Both the position numbers and the translations under genes were made by a program. This document shows positions 43,595 to 62,692 of a stretch of DNA of 64,000 bases, piece by piece. This DNA comes from Paraspadella gotoi. Taxonomy: Eukaryota > Animalia > Chaetognatha. The notes below the pieces were generated by a model. The model was not told the DNA's origin and did no database searches. It saw nothing but the letters and a program-made list of their open reading frames with translations. Location of the stretch: positions 3,542,689 to 3,606,688 of the forward strand of contig CM119264.1 of assembly GCA_051294375.1 (NCBI GenBank). The letters run 5' to 3'. Every line of letters begins with the position of its first letter. Position 1 is the first letter of the stretch.

Positions 43595-45352
43595 ATGACT
43601 ATGGCATTACGGTTACGAATATTCTCTCCATTCATACGTACGAACTACATACAACCGTGTGTTTTAAGATCTCTTAAAGGTAAGGATAGAATGTCAATTA
43701 TGGAAACGGCAAACATGTGAAATTGAGAGTAGTTACTAATAATATAACTATTTTATTTTCCGCTTTCTTTTACCAGATACAAAAAAACTGAACTCCTTTC
43801 ATATTGATAAGTATTATCACGAAAATAAGCGAATGGAAAATAATGAAAATGTGGACGATATTATTCACGAAGCGTCTGATAAAAACAAGTTTATCCAGAT
43901 ATTCCCCCTTCTTGTCAATGACATTATATCTACGATACATACAGAATCTGGGGATGATTCATTTTTAAGATTTAAAGAAGTAAGGAACTAAGTCTAAGGA
44001 CAGCAAATTGTAATTTATGTACTATCTTTAAAAGTAGAATACAATGACGATACGATGACATGGAAACGAATACAATGAATAGACATATTTTTTATTTTTT
44101 TTAATGAAATAACAACTTTTTTTTAAATAAAGGTGTGCGAGTATAACGTACCCAAAGGAAAATTAAATCGAGGGCTGCTGGTCGCAGAAACCTACTCGGT
44201 TTTAATTTGTTCACCCTTGGCGCAATCGTCTCATTTGCGCAACCATGAGATGATTGAAAAAGCTCGAATATTAGGATGGTGCGTTGAATTTATGCAGGTT
44301 ATTTAGGAAGTAAGGATAATTTTAAAGAAGCGCAATTAGAACACATGGTTTATTAAAGGCTTCCTTCTTGGTTCTTGATGACGTGATGGATGCGTCACCA
44401 CTGAGGCGCGGATTACCAGCATGGCATGCGCGGCCTGAAATCGGTTTATCAGCTGTCAACGATGGGGTCTTTTTGGAAGCTGCTTTATTTTTACTTCTCG
44501 AGTATGAGCAATACATACGAACGAAAAATTACTTAATACAACAAATCGCTTATTAATTCTTTCTTTTTACCACCTTTCTAGGAAGCACTTTTTGCACTCT
44601 CCGAGTTACCTGCCATTAGTGCAGGTATTCAGAAGGGTCTTCACTCAAACTATATGTGGACAAGCCATTGATATGGAGTCCTCCGTTACATTTTCCATCA
44701 ATAAGTTTACAACGGAAAGATATAGAACTATTTGTATCAATAAAACTTCACTATATTCGTTTTATTTACCCGTAATAGGTAGGTTTATTAATGTGTTAAT
44801 TTAATGTGGTATAGTCAGGCATAATTGAATGGTTTTTTTTCTTCAGCTGCTCTTCGAATGGCAGAAGTTAGCGACCCCAATTTAGAAGCGCGGCTCGCGG
44901 TCATCTTGAAAGAGATGGGCATTCTCTTCCAAAGTCAAGATGATTTCCTTGACTGCTACGGAGATCCCGCTGTCACGGGGAAAGTGGGACGCGACATTGA
45001 AGAGGGAAAATGCACGTGGCTCGTGGTGGAAGCGCTGGCCGGCGCCAATTCTGTCCAACGCGGAGAATTGGAGCGATGTTACGGCAGAACCGATCCGGAC
45101 AGCGTCGCTCGCGTCAAGGAAATTTACGAACAACAGGATCTCAAAAAGAAGTTCAAAGGTGAGTGAATGAACCTTTTGTGACCTGATGTCACCTGCTCTT
45201 TTAGGATTTTATCTTTTTTCCTTGCTTTCACAGACCACGAACGATTGGTTTACTCGGCCTTATCAGACGAAATTTCTGGATTAAAGCAGTTTGGTTTCCC
45301 AAGCGACGTTTTGATGAAAATAATGAAAAGGCTTCATTGTCGCGAAAAATGA
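43595..45352 (+). CDS. FDPS: Farnesyl diphosphate synthase-like trans-prenyltransferase (multi-exon) with putative mitochondrial presequence
   Basis: [30 protein letters not shown] (FARM), [27 protein letters not shown] (SARM), [14 protein letters not shown]. Upstream exon 43595-43679 splices in frame; an alternative start is at the MENNE Met in exon 2. Confidence 0.92.
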
Positions 45353-45536
45353 TTTGTGATGTTATTTTACATTATTTTTATTTTCATTTTTTTTTAGAAA
45401 AGGGAAGTTTTAAAAAATGAGGAATACTTTAAAAAGCATTAAAAAACTCAATCATTTAGCTACTAAATTGTTAGTCTAAATGTTGACGAACTTTATTGAT
45501 GAAAAGTGGTAGCTTTTTCATCACTTTCTTCACTAA

Positions 45537-47477
<1,941 letters not shown>

Positions 47478-49597
47478 TAAAAACAAAAGAAATATATAGT
47501 AATATAGATCGTGACCCCCATTTCTCACGTTTGAGATTCCCACTATACTTCTTTCTACGAAGCTGGACGGACACAGGATAAGAAGTCAAACAGGATGGTC
47601 GTTGGATCGGCAGTGACTCCCCATCCCTCTTTATGCTCTCTTTATTTTCTCTCTCCGCTATCGTCCTCCATCAAAACTAAATTCCCCCCTACCTTTGACA
47701 ACTTTCGAAAAAAACGCTAATATGGGTATTATTTTAGAATAAAACTTATTTAATAAAATGAACTTAAATACGAAATAATTGACACAATTTATTATTGCAA
47801 AAAGATTACCTTCTTGTTTATGGTTATGACTTTAAAAAAAGAGAAAACCTGAGGTATGACAATCTACTTTTTAATCCAATCCATTCACTTTTTAGCGTGA
47901 TAAAAAAGCGCGGTATGTCAGGTTTATCAACCCATTAATAATTGAAACAAAAATTGTATCACGTCTTGTGTATATCTAATTCGAATTTAGTTGTCTTAAT
48001 TATTTATACAAATGGCTAAATCCCCCTTTATTTCGTTAAATTGAAGAATGAAAATGGCTGTATGAATCGCTTGTTTGGTTGTGTGATTGCACTGTCGGCT
48101 CGTAAGTGGTTATTTTGTCGTTATTTGAGGAAACTGTATCAGTGGATCAAATTGAGAACTAAAAATCTTTATTAATATTAGAATCCGCACATCCCCCTCA
48201 GTCCTTTAGACGTCAATTATGAATTGAAAAATTTTATATTCTTTAAAAGTTGAGCGCTTAATACTAGTTTAAAACTCTTTTTGCAATTCGACATTTGTCA
48301 GCCGATTCGTTTAGATACATGTTGCAAAACTGAACGAAACATTTAGTTTTAAAATACGGCCATATTTGGTTTGAAATTTACATTTTTCGCTATTTGAGTC
48401 AAACGTTAATAAACGTCCAAGGTAATTGATTTATATTAATTAATAAGTACCTCCGAGACTGCTTGTGATACTTTTTGTGATCTTTTATGTTCCATGATCT
48501 CATTTAGAGCGTAGGATCTAGAAAACCTTGCAATTTTTGGTCACGTGACATTGGTTCTCTCCACCGACGAGAAATTCGATTACATATCACGAACCAAACG
48601 ATGCAGCCTCAAAATCTCACTCTCCACACAGCATCGGTTTAAGTTTATTTGTTAAGCGGAAAAAGTTATATTATACTCGAGGTGTGTCTAGTCATTTTTC
48701 ACGTCGATTCCAAGTGAGAACCAAAGTTTGTTGACGTGACTCTTCAAAAAAACCACTTTCCAAATAAAAAATAATATCTTATGTATATCTTTCTCTAGGA
48801 TTTATCATTCCCCGGTCGAGATTTTAAACAAATGTCGGGACTTCAAAAAAAAGTATAGTTTTGGCTCATTATAATCAAGAACATTATCATCGAAATAACG
48901 TACATTTGCCGCGCCTTTAGTCTTACGCTTGTCACGGCCAATTGTACAACCTCATATCATTTAAGCCGTAGCTTTCCGTATAAAAATTTTATGTTAATGC
49001 TCTCTCCGCATTCGGTCACGATTAGTCGAGTTACATTTCCTGTCACTCCGTCCCGTCAATTTTTTTTAAAATGGAGTCTTGCAGTCGCCAAAAAAAGTTT
49101 GATTTTCTAGCCACTTATGTGAAATATAATTATTGGACAGTAAGAGGATGACGGAAAGATAATATAAACAAAAAATTGAAATTTTTGTAGATTTGAACAT
49201 GAACTGGTTTCTTGCTATCTCAACCCTTTGCAGTTTGTTCTTTGTGTACGGTACTAAATCGCATGTGTATAATTTACACAAAAATTAATTTTGCATTTTT
49301 TCAGTTTATCATTTCGTTTTTTAATGAAAAGTTTTATTGAGCAATCGGTTTGTTTTTTTAAATAGCTATGAATATCTCGCAGCTCTTTAAATACACCAAA
49401 TGTTGTTTACCTTGTTGTTGCTGCACTAACTCTTAATCCAGTCTCCACAAAAAAAAACGAGTAAAAAAATAAAAACATACACCAATAGAATTTCTAAATA
49501 ATCTTCCTATATTGTAATCATTTTCTTGTTCCCATAAGCTTTTTTTAGATGTTTGTAAAAGTAATTGGGTAGGCACTAGGCAGAACCTTTGCCAAAA

Positions 49598-51883
49598 ATG
49601 TCGTGGATCTTTCAAACTTCTCCGCCGGTGACGGCGAAAATCAGTCTGACCAACGTCCTCAAGGAGAGCCTGCCCCTCGCTGTTTTCTTCCTCGTCATCG
49701 CCGTCTCTCTCACGTTAACGCCCTCTGGGATGGAAATATTAAACTTATTGAGACAATCCAGGTATCAATTGATTTTTTTTTATTGGATGTAGTTTTTTAA
49801 GGTGCTCGTTTAACCCATTATTGCCCATGATTTTAGGTTAAAATCAAGGATGGCCGATTGTGGGGACATGTTTCTTTTGAGGTGAGATGACTTATAGGAA
49901 TATTGGATTCATTGGGGGCGGAATCACGTGACCGTCATGACTATAATCGTTCTGGCTCGATAGCGAGGCCCTGTGATATTTTCCGTCATCCACCCTACTA
50001 AGCTCTTATAGTGTAGTCGTTCTTGCTTGATAGCGAGGCCCTGTGATATTTTCCGTCATCCACCCTACTAAGCTCTAATAGTGTAGTCGTTCTGGCTCGA
50101 TAGCGAGGCCGTGATATTTTCCGTCATCCACCCTACTAAGCTCTTAGTGTAGTCATTCTGGCTCGATAGCGAGGCCGTGATATTTTGCGTCATCCACCCT
50201 ACTAAGCTCTTATAGTGCGTCGTCTTTTCCTCAGACCCCAAAGCAGCGACGAGGCTTTCCGCTTCGAGGAGGCGTCGATGGAGCCCTCGACGGAAATGAC
50301 TCGATCATCGAAGCAGCGATTCCGTCCCGAGACGATGCCCAGCTCGGAGATGGAGATCAGGCATTCCCTCCTCGCCGCAGAAGACTTTGCCGTCCAGGGG
50401 AAACTGGAGAAGGCGGAGAGGGTGTTTCAGCACGTGCTCGCCTCCCACCCATCGCACCCAGACGTGTTGACGGCCTATGGACGATTTCTCGAAGAAGGAT
50501 ACGACGACGTCGTACAGGTTTCCTTCGTCCCAAATATTTTTCTCAAACTTTAATTCCTTGATCCCCCCTTTTCACCACCTCACCATCTCTCAGGCGGAAC
50601 ACCTCTACTCTAAAGCCCTCATCTCCGCCCCCGCCCACGAAAAAGCGGCGGAACGACGCCGCCGCACCCTGCCGCTCGTGGAGGAGATCGACCAGCGTAA
50701 CTTCGACCGTATCTCCGCCAAGCAAAAGCGTCTCCGCCGCGTCCCTCGCCACAATCCTGGCCTCCGCCGCGCCAAGATCGAAGCCTACATCCAGCACATT
50801 TACCACACCAACGCCATGGAGGGCAACACTATGACGCTTATGCAGACTCGCGCTGTAGTGGAGAGCGGCGTCGCCGTCGGCGGCAAGAGCGTCTACGAGC
50901 ACAACGAGATCCTCGGAATGGATGCTGCGCTGCAGTACATCAACAAGACGCTGCTGCATCACCCGCGTTACATTTCCCTCGAAGACATTCTGCAGATTCA
51001 CAAACGCATCTTAGGATTCGTTAACATGGAAGAGGCCGGCGTGTTTCGACGAGCGCAGGTTTTATGCAATTACAATTATCGTAAATCCCCCCTAACCACG
51101 GTCGGCAAAAGTAAAATTATTCCAATTAGCAGTTGTCAGGAATTAATTTTTTTAGATTGTAAGTCAATCAAATTTATTTGACCTTATTTAAAGTGTATGT
51201 AAAGTTACCATCCCCGATCCTCCTTAGGTCTTCGTCGGATCGCACCGCCCTCCCCCCGCGGCCGAACTCACCGGTTTAGTCAACGAGTTCGTGGAATGGC
51301 TCAACTCGGAAAGAGAGGAGCAGGAATCGCTCCACCCGCTGGAGCTGGCTGCCCTCGCCCACTACAAATTCGTCTTCATCCACCCCTTCTACGACGGGAA
51401 CGGCCGCATGTCCAGACTCCTAATGAATTTGATCCTGATGCAGGCGGGTTATCCGCCGGTCATCATCAATGTCGAGGACAAACACGAGTATTACCAAACG
51501 TTGCAGATGGCGAACGACGGCGACGTGAGGCCTTTCATTCGGTTCGTCGGGAGACGGGGCCGCATTCTTTTTTGGTTTCGATCACAAGCCAATGATGTCC
51601 TTACCTTTTTAGATTCGTGGCGGACTGCACTGATCGAACCCTGGATCATTACTTGGCGGCCTCGTCGTCAACCTCGGGAATGTCCATCCCGGGTCTCGTC
51701 TCGCGAAAGGCGTCGCAGTCGTGGACGTTTACGACGACGAGAGACTCGAGCGGCGCCAGGAAGATCGTTCTCCAAGAGGCGCCCTCCGCCGACGACGTCG
51801 TCGAAACCGGAACATCCGCCGACGGCATCGTTTACGAAGACGACGTTGACGACGAGGACGCCGACGAAGTCAGCTACGAATAG
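49598..51883 (+). CDS. FICD: FIC-domain protein adenylyltransferase (FICD/HYPE), multi-exon
   Basis: N-terminal TM segment ([16 protein letters not shown]), TPR-like region, inhibitory motif TNAMEGN, catalytic [12 protein letters not shown], and GDVRPFIRF. Confidence 0.95.
49946..50218. repeat. Four-copy ~67-70-bp tandem repeat in FICD intron 1
   Basis: Unit TCGTTCTGGCTCGATAGCGAGGCC(CT)GTGATATTTTCCGTCATCCACCCTACTAAGCTCTTATAGTGTAG. Confidence 0.9.
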
Positions 51884-52170
51884 TTAACTCAAAGATCTGC
51901 CTCAACTACGATTACGTAGATGTATGTTTTTCAGCAAATTGTCTTTATTTATGTGTTACGCAACTCTTACAGCTAGTCACCTTTGTTAGCGCCTCTCGTT
52001 ATTTGACCGAGGCTCCCTCTCCGGTCCTTGTTTAGATCTCATTAAAAAGTAATTTATACTTTTTGCTACCTATTTTTTGTAGTATAACCGAGAATTTGAA
52101 AAACTTTCATCCTACCGACGAAGAGATGTCGCCTAGAGCGGAGACGCTCGGCCATCGTTTTCATCGATAG

Positions 52171-55100
52171 ATGGCGTCGGTTGTCGCGGCGCTGATGGAG
52201 TCGACGCCTCGAACTTTGGACGACGTCATCGACGCCACCCGCTCCTCGCCTCCCGAAGATTCTCGATCGAGCGAGCGCGCAGCCCTCTTGACCCGCCTCT
52301 TGGACTCGGTCAAACAATGTCAGATCCGGTTCGGGAAGAGGCAGACCCTCGCCACCGAAGGAGAGTCCCAAGTCATTTGCCTGTTAACCAACTTGGAGGC
52401 GGCTCTGTCGCACGGGCTCAAACCCGTGGGTCCCGGCGGCGGCGCCATCGCCAGCATCTTCGCCACTTCTAAGGCGCCCGACAACGGCGCCAACTCGCTC
52501 TGGACTTTCGTCAAGACATTTCTCGGTGCTGACGAAGTGGCGCGCTTCGACGCCGAGTTGAAACACGTGACGACAGATTTAGGGCGGGGGCGCGCTTGGA
52601 TCAGGACGGCGCTCAACGAAAACACTCTCGAGAGATACTTGTACTCATTAGTCAACGACGTTGAGAAGATTCAAGTAAGAATTTCTATTTAATTATCAAA
52701 TTCCTACAACCAATTTAAAATATTTTTATTAATTCCGTAAACTATCTTGTTTCTCACTTTGGGCAGCAGACTATGGTGGCTTCAGGCCTCTATCCCTCTT
52801 GTAAGATAAGAGTTTTCAATCAAGACTCTCTTACTTAAAAACAATATAAAAATTATCCAATCATTTAATAAATAAGCTATCTTGCCCCTGACTTTGGACA
52901 GGCTTTGGTGGTTTAAGGCCTCCATCATTACAAGATAATGACATAGCAGGTCCCTGCAAGCTTTCAATGAAGACACTCTCAGTCTCATTTATTCACTCCC
53001 AGAGTACCTGGCTTCCCTATCAATGTTAACTATAAATATCCCTATCAATATTAACTCCGAGAGTATCGTTGACGTTTAATCAAATAACGAGGGTAATTAA
53101 TAAGTGAAGGCAAGTTTGACAATAGCTTATATAATGACGGATAATGATAAAGGTGATGACGCGATGACAAGGGTGATGACAAATAATTGTTAATTCAAAT
53201 ATTATTTGAAGAAAGATTGTTTCTTGAGGTTGGATTTTGAGGAGAGTGTCTCAAGATCCCTCGTCAATCTCGGCCGTGGACCCCTTAGTCTCTCTGTCAG
53301 TCAGTGGTCAGTCTAAGGTTGAAATAAGGTCAGTGATTCGTCAGTTTTCTGAAGATTCGTGAAGACGACAAGTAATCGCATCACAAAGCCCCACCAGGTC
53401 CGTTTATAGGTCTATTTCGTTGATGGTATCGTGGATTATTGTTATTTTACCTCTAAAGAGACAGTAATTGTTAAGGGTTAGTTAGCAGTCAATGAGCTCT
53501 GGATCAGGCTGTAACACCATGTTACAGGCGGGGTAAGCGCCCCGTCCCTGATACTCTGGATCAGGCTGTAACACCATGTTACAGGCGGGGTAAGCGCCCC
53601 GTCCCTGATACCTGCTAGGCGGCCACCGGCCAAAAACCCCGGGTCGGGAAGCGATTGACTTGCCTCCTGCACCAATGACCGCTGGGAACAATTGGTGGAT
53701 TTTAAGCCACCAGACTTACAATAATCATTTTTAAAATCTTAGTCGCATTACGAGAAATGGAGCTTCATGCGGGACGAGGAAAAGAGCAGCATGCTGCCGT
53801 CATTGGCGGCCGGATTGAAGACGATCCTCTTCAACATCTCCGTCGACGCCCATGAACTCAACAACGCCCCCCGCGGCGCCGCCTCCGGCTCCGAGGCGCG
53901 GAACATTCTCAACGCGATTCCGCTGGGTGGGATGATCCGCGACGTTATCGCGCCGGGATCGAGCCTCCCCAGCGCCGCCTCCTCCTTTGTTGACGCACAA
54001 TTCGAAGAGAACTTCTTGGAACCCGTGATTGTGGCGCCGAAGCCATCCACGTCGGAAAGTGAGTCCAATTCAAAAAGTGTGTCATTAAAAATGTGGACCT
54101 CTTACTACATTTCTGAGTAATATTTTCAGAACCTCAATTCAAGTTTTCTATCCGTTGTTATTGAAGTATAAATGGTTTGATTAAATTTAAACGGAATAGG
54201 CAATAATAATAAACTTTATTAATTAATTAAATAAAAAGACAATCACATTTTCTCCACAAATCTATATATTTAATTTTACACAAGAAAAGTGGATCAGTTC
54301 CCGCTCTACTTTTAGCTGACTCTGCAACGAGAATAAAGCGGCAATTTTCTTAACTTGATTTACTGGTTTTTGATCGAGTTTTTTTTTTCTGCTTTTTAAA
54401 TCTTCTCGATTTTACTGTCTTGGCATGACTGCGCGCGCTTTTTTCATTCTCAGTCTCTTTAAACAGAAAGTCTCGATCACATAGTAGTTCCCTTAGTTTT
54501 TCGTCAGTAACTCGTGGCTTACTCGCAAATTTTGAAAACTATCAAAAATAGCATAAATTTATTTATAGTGGTCACTGCACGTCTTTATTTTACAATAACT
54601 TCCCCCCCCCCCAGAAACTGTGTCGTCCAAAGTCATTGGCGACAACAAAAAAATATCCCGAAAATCCGGGGGAAAAAAGAAGAAAAAGACGGTGGCGCAC
54701 ATCGTGGATTTGGACGAGAATCGAACGCGTCAACCCTTGCGTCATTCACCGACGATCGCGCCCACCACCAACGACATCCGGGAGGCTCACGTCAAAGCGC
54801 GTCACGCCAATTCCTTTTCCTCGGTAGGTTCTCTCGCTTCTGAACCAGAAACCGTCGTCACGTCGTCGGACAACGTCGCGGAATCCCCGCTCACGCGCCA
54901 TCGTCGCATTTCCGAGCCGCCGGCGAATTTGCCGATTCGTCTTTCGAAGCCGAGCGAGGCCGCGGACGCCTCCGAGGCGCCAAAAATAATTCCCGCGAAA
55001 GAGTCGTACGGAAACGCCGCGACGGAGTTGACCTTCGTTGGCGTCGGTGGCGTGGGCGCCGTCATGTCTCCAGTGACGCCGGCATCGCAAAGCGCGGCGT

Positions 55101-58100
55101 CGTGGAACGACAACGACACTTCGGATGCCCAATCCATTACTTCTACGGGACAAGTAGGTTGAAAAGTGAAAATTCCCTGCAAAAGAAAAAAATTAAAATG
55201 ATTTTTTCATGATCCTCGGTTTAACTTCCCCAACCTCGTTTCGTCCAGATGTCGCAAACGAGCGTCGTCTCGTCCGCTAGCGACGTTCCATCCTCACGCA
55301 GTTATAACGGCAACGGCGCGTGTGCGACTCAATCATTTTGTCCACCAAAGGTCGTACCAACGCTGTTAACGCTTCGGAATGAGCGGCTTCTTTCTTTGAA
55401 AGATGATCCCAACGTCGACGCCTACCGCGACGTTAACGACGCCGCCGCCGCTAACTCCCCCGCAAACGCCCCGGCGAACTCGGGCAATCTCGAGGCCTTA
55501 TCCATCAAAGAACTTAAGGACGCCATCGTGTCCATCATGCAACGCAAGGACGAGGTCTCCGCGACCAACGGGGAGCTTTGCGCTCGCGTTGAAATGTTCC
55601 AGCAAGAGAACGGTTCGCTCCACGAGGAGATCGAGCGACTGGAGCGAAGGCTCCACGACGCCGACGTCAAGTTTGCTACAAAATCTAAATTCCTCGACCG
55701 CGAGAACGAACTGCTTAAGCATCAGTTAAAAAAATACGTCGGCGCTGTCCAAGTCCTCGAGCGGCAGCGGAGCGGCGAAGACGCTCTCGCCGTCGACGAC
55801 ACAGCGGCGCCGCCGAGTCTCGAGCAGCAGCTGGCGAATTCGGCGGCGTCGATGCGCGATCACGCCGCCGACGTTGACGCCGACCAGATCAGAAGCAGCT
55901 ACGAGCAGAAGCTGGTTCAGGTGTCGGAGATGCACGGGGACCTCATGGAGTTCAACGATCAACTTGTGCTGCAGGTTCGGAGCGAGGCGAGATCGAGGCT
56001 GCCATGGTTATTTAAATTTTTCATAATAGAAAACATATTATACAGTTACTCTAACATATTATAGACCAATCCTAAATCCGGCAGATCAAGCAAAAGGATC
56101 GACTCATCGATCAACTCAAGCAGGAATTGGAGGAGTTGCGCGGCCCTCTACCAGCGGACTTCGTCGACAACGCGGACGTGGCCAGCGTCATCAGCGACGC
56201 GGAAATCGCCCTCCCCGCCTCTGCCCTCGAGATTCCGTCCTCGGGCTCGTCATTCTCCTTCAGAGCCCTCGTCAACATTTGGATCCCCAGCGCCTTCCTT
56301 CAGACGACGAACAAAGACACTTTCCACGTTTATCAGGTGACGTTTTTTATCTCGCCAGACGGGCTTAGGCCCGTCTTTGGCGAGGTCATCGTTTACCATT
56401 GCTTATTTGTGACCGTTGTCGTCGTCATCGTCACACTTATCAGCAGATCCTGTTGGAAATCCGACTCTATAATTCACTTTGTCGGTCTGTAGGTCCGCTA
56501 CCTCAATCTTGTCGGGCATTCACATATATCCTGTCAGAACATTGAATTATCATAAATTATGAAAAAAAAAAGTCCGTCCGTCCCACTGTCCCACCTTAAC
56601 AAAAAACTTCAATTACTCGTGATTGGATGGTTGGTTTGGGATGAAATTTTGTGTTTTGGTAGGGAAGTGTATGATTGAGCTGGATATGAAGTTTCAATGG
56701 AACCGTGCGAGTGGAAATGAGTTTAAATATAAAAAACAAAAAAATATATTTTATTATTTGAACACCAATTACTCATGAGTGGATGGGGTGATTGACTTGA
56801 AATTTTGTTTGTGGGTAGGAAAGTGTGTGATTAAGCTGGAAATAAAGTTTCGATGGAATCGTCTGAGTGGAAATGAGTTTAAATTGAAAAAATAAAAAAT
56901 CTGTTTCGCTAATTGGTTATGTTTCTTTTTTTATATTAAATTTAAATGAAAGATATATTAATTAATCAAATAATTAATCAGTTAATTAATTGATTAGTCA
57001 ATTAAATAATCAATAATTAATTAATTAGTAAATAATTAATTAATAATTAATTAATTATTTAATCAATCAATTTATTTATCAATCAATTATTAAATCAATC
57101 AATCAATTAAGTCATTCTGTAATTCAATAATTTGGTATCATCACATCAATAATTTGTCATCATTGCATCAATAATTGGTTATCATCGCTTCAATAATTGG
57201 TTATCATCGCTTCAATAATTGGTTATCATCGCTTCAATAATTGGTTATCATCGCTTCAATAATTGGTTATCATCGCTTCAATAATTGGTTATCATCGCTT
57301 CAATAATTGGTTATCATCGCATCAATAATTGGTTATCATCGCATCAATAATTGGTTATCATCGCATCAATAATTAGTTATCATTGCATCAATAATTTATC
57401 ATAATACCAAATTACCAATAATTTGTTTTTATCGAATTAATAATTCATAATCGAATTAATAATTAGTTATCGCATAAATAATTCGTTATCATTACATTAA
57501 TAATTTGTTATCATCACATCAATTATTCATTATTATTACATCAATGATTCGTTATCGCATCAATCATTCTTTTTTTTTCAGTTATTTTATTAATTTTCTG
57601 GCGAGATCACTATACTTTTTAGATTTTTTAATTTTTTTAAATTATTATTATTTGTCATTCTCATTTTTTACCATACTAAGAGAATGTATCGCAAGACAAA
57701 ATATACTGAGGGGCAGGAGGAGGAAAGAAGAAGAGGAAGAGGAGAATTGGACGGCAGGCTAAATCCTCCTCTGACTAATTTCCAACTTGGATGACAAACC
57801 CGCCTCCCTCTCGCCAGGTTTACCTCAGAATCCGCGACGAAGAGTGGAACGTGTATCGTCGTTATGCTCAGTTTTACGATTTGCATAAATCGATGAAGAA
57901 GTTGTTTCCAGACTCGGCCGCCTTTCCTTTCCCGCCGAAAAAGGCTCTAGGAAACAAGGTGAGCGATTGATGGAGTTTAATTTAAAATTTGCTTTATAAC
58001 AAAAGAGGGGTTCTTTTAAATCAGGACGAGCAATTCGTGGAAAACAGACGCGTCAAGCTTCAGCACTATTTGAGGCAACTTTTGAATTACTTGACTCAGT

Positions 58101-58373
58101 ACACTGGATATGAGCTGGCCCACGCTCACCCAATTACCAAAGGTAAAACGGAATAAATGATAAAACTGTTAATCCTAGTATTTTGTTTCACCTCTTGGTT
58201 CTTTTAATCCTCCTGCAGAGCGCCTCCTGGCCGCCCTGCCGTTTTTCTCCGATCGAGCCCCGGCGTCGTCGGAGAGCGTCAACGTGGGACGACCATCTCC
58301 GTCGTCGTCCAAGTCGCGCGGGCGACTGCGGACGAGCGAAGAACCAACTACCCCTCAGTACACGGGACTTTGA
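52171..58373 (+). CDS. SNX29: Sorting nexin-29-like protein (RUN domain, coiled coil, PX domain), multi-exon
   Basis: RUN motifs LLDSVKQCQIRFG, LEAALSHGLK, GRGRAWIRTALNE and SMLPSLAAGLKTILF. Coiled coil RENELLKHQLKKYVGAVQ and YEQKLVQVSEMHGDLMEFN. PX motifs NIWIPSAFL, YQVYLRIRDEEWNVYRRYAQF and FPPKKALGNK. Confidence 0.93.
53484..53712 (-). mobile_element. Putative SINE, family B (copy 2), with an internal 57-bp tandem duplication
   Basis: Shares blocks with 34902-35059. 53497-53553 is repeated at 53554-53610. Lies in a SNX29 intron. Confidence 0.5.
56343..56890. mobile_element. Non-autonomous Helentron/HINE-like insertion in a SNX29 intron
   Basis: A T run precedes a GC-rich hairpin CTCGCCA-GACGGGC-ttag-GCCCGTC-tt-TGGCGAG (56351-56384). 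It is followed by a (GTCC)n tract and two diverged internal direct repeats (~56607-56730, ~56766-56890). Confidence 0.45.
57120..57400. repeat. Intronic minisatellite, 22-bp unit
   Basis: Tandem TCAATAATTGGTTATCATCGC(T/A). Confidence 0.9.
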
Positions 58374-59202
58374 CTCTACATTCTTTCCTTCTATTGGAAC
58401 GTTATTCTTTCGACAATTCAGTATCTTCGCTCATTCCACTTGATTGATACAACGTTTCCTCTACCGAAAGCCCGATTCTTTCTAGTCATGCCAATTTCTA
58501 TCGATAAATGTTTGTTACCATAAACGTTTTTATCAACGACAGTTAAACTAGTGCAAAAAATAAATCGTATTTTGTGCTTTTTGAAATTTTTGAAGTATCT
58601 CTTGGGTAGAATTTTTTTTTTCATCTCTAGTTCGTTTTTTTTTTTTTTTTTTTTTGCTGCGAGATTTCTTTTTCGTACTTAAAGATTTCAACTTCTTGAT
58701 TTCCCCTTTTTCGATGTTATTTTTTTCCACAGATTTTAGAAACGTTCGAAACAATATTTCACCTCAAGCTAAGCAAAAAAGAAAAAGTTTTGTTTACAAT
58801 TCGTTTCGTAACCGTCATTCCATTTCCATCTCAATAATTTCCTCGCGTTTCTCTTTTTTTTTTTTTGCAAAACGAACGGTCATCGCCATGACAACGACGA
58901 CCGCGCTCGAAAGTCGCGTCAACGCCACGGTCGAACTTTAACGAGCCACTCGGCGATCGTCGTCCACGACTCTCGATTAACCAAGTCGCCTTCGCGCGCT
59001 TCCGTCAAAATACTTCACTCTTTACTCCGGAAGGGGGAGTCTCTCTCTCTTTCCGCTCTCACGCAACCTCTCGCCGATTCTCACTTTTCCCCCCCTATCG
59101 CCTTTCCAGCTCTCTTTCCCCCCTCACCCTTCTCTCCCCCCCTCTTCACCTCAAGTGCCCGCGAAAGACTGTCCGCCGCGCGGAGGCGAATGCGTCGCGA
59201 TC

Positions 59203-62692
<3,490 letters not shown>

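Noticed and set aside
49946-50218. Regularly spaced repeats resembling a CRISPR array (also 18577-19320 and 57120-57400)
   Set aside because: The units are head-to-tail with no unique spacers, there are no cas genes, and the context is eukaryotic intron or intergenic DNA.
58888-58941. Short ORF MTTTTALESRVNATVEL upstream of B56
   Set aside because: Could be a uORF, but the TSS is unknown and nothing in the sequence supports function.
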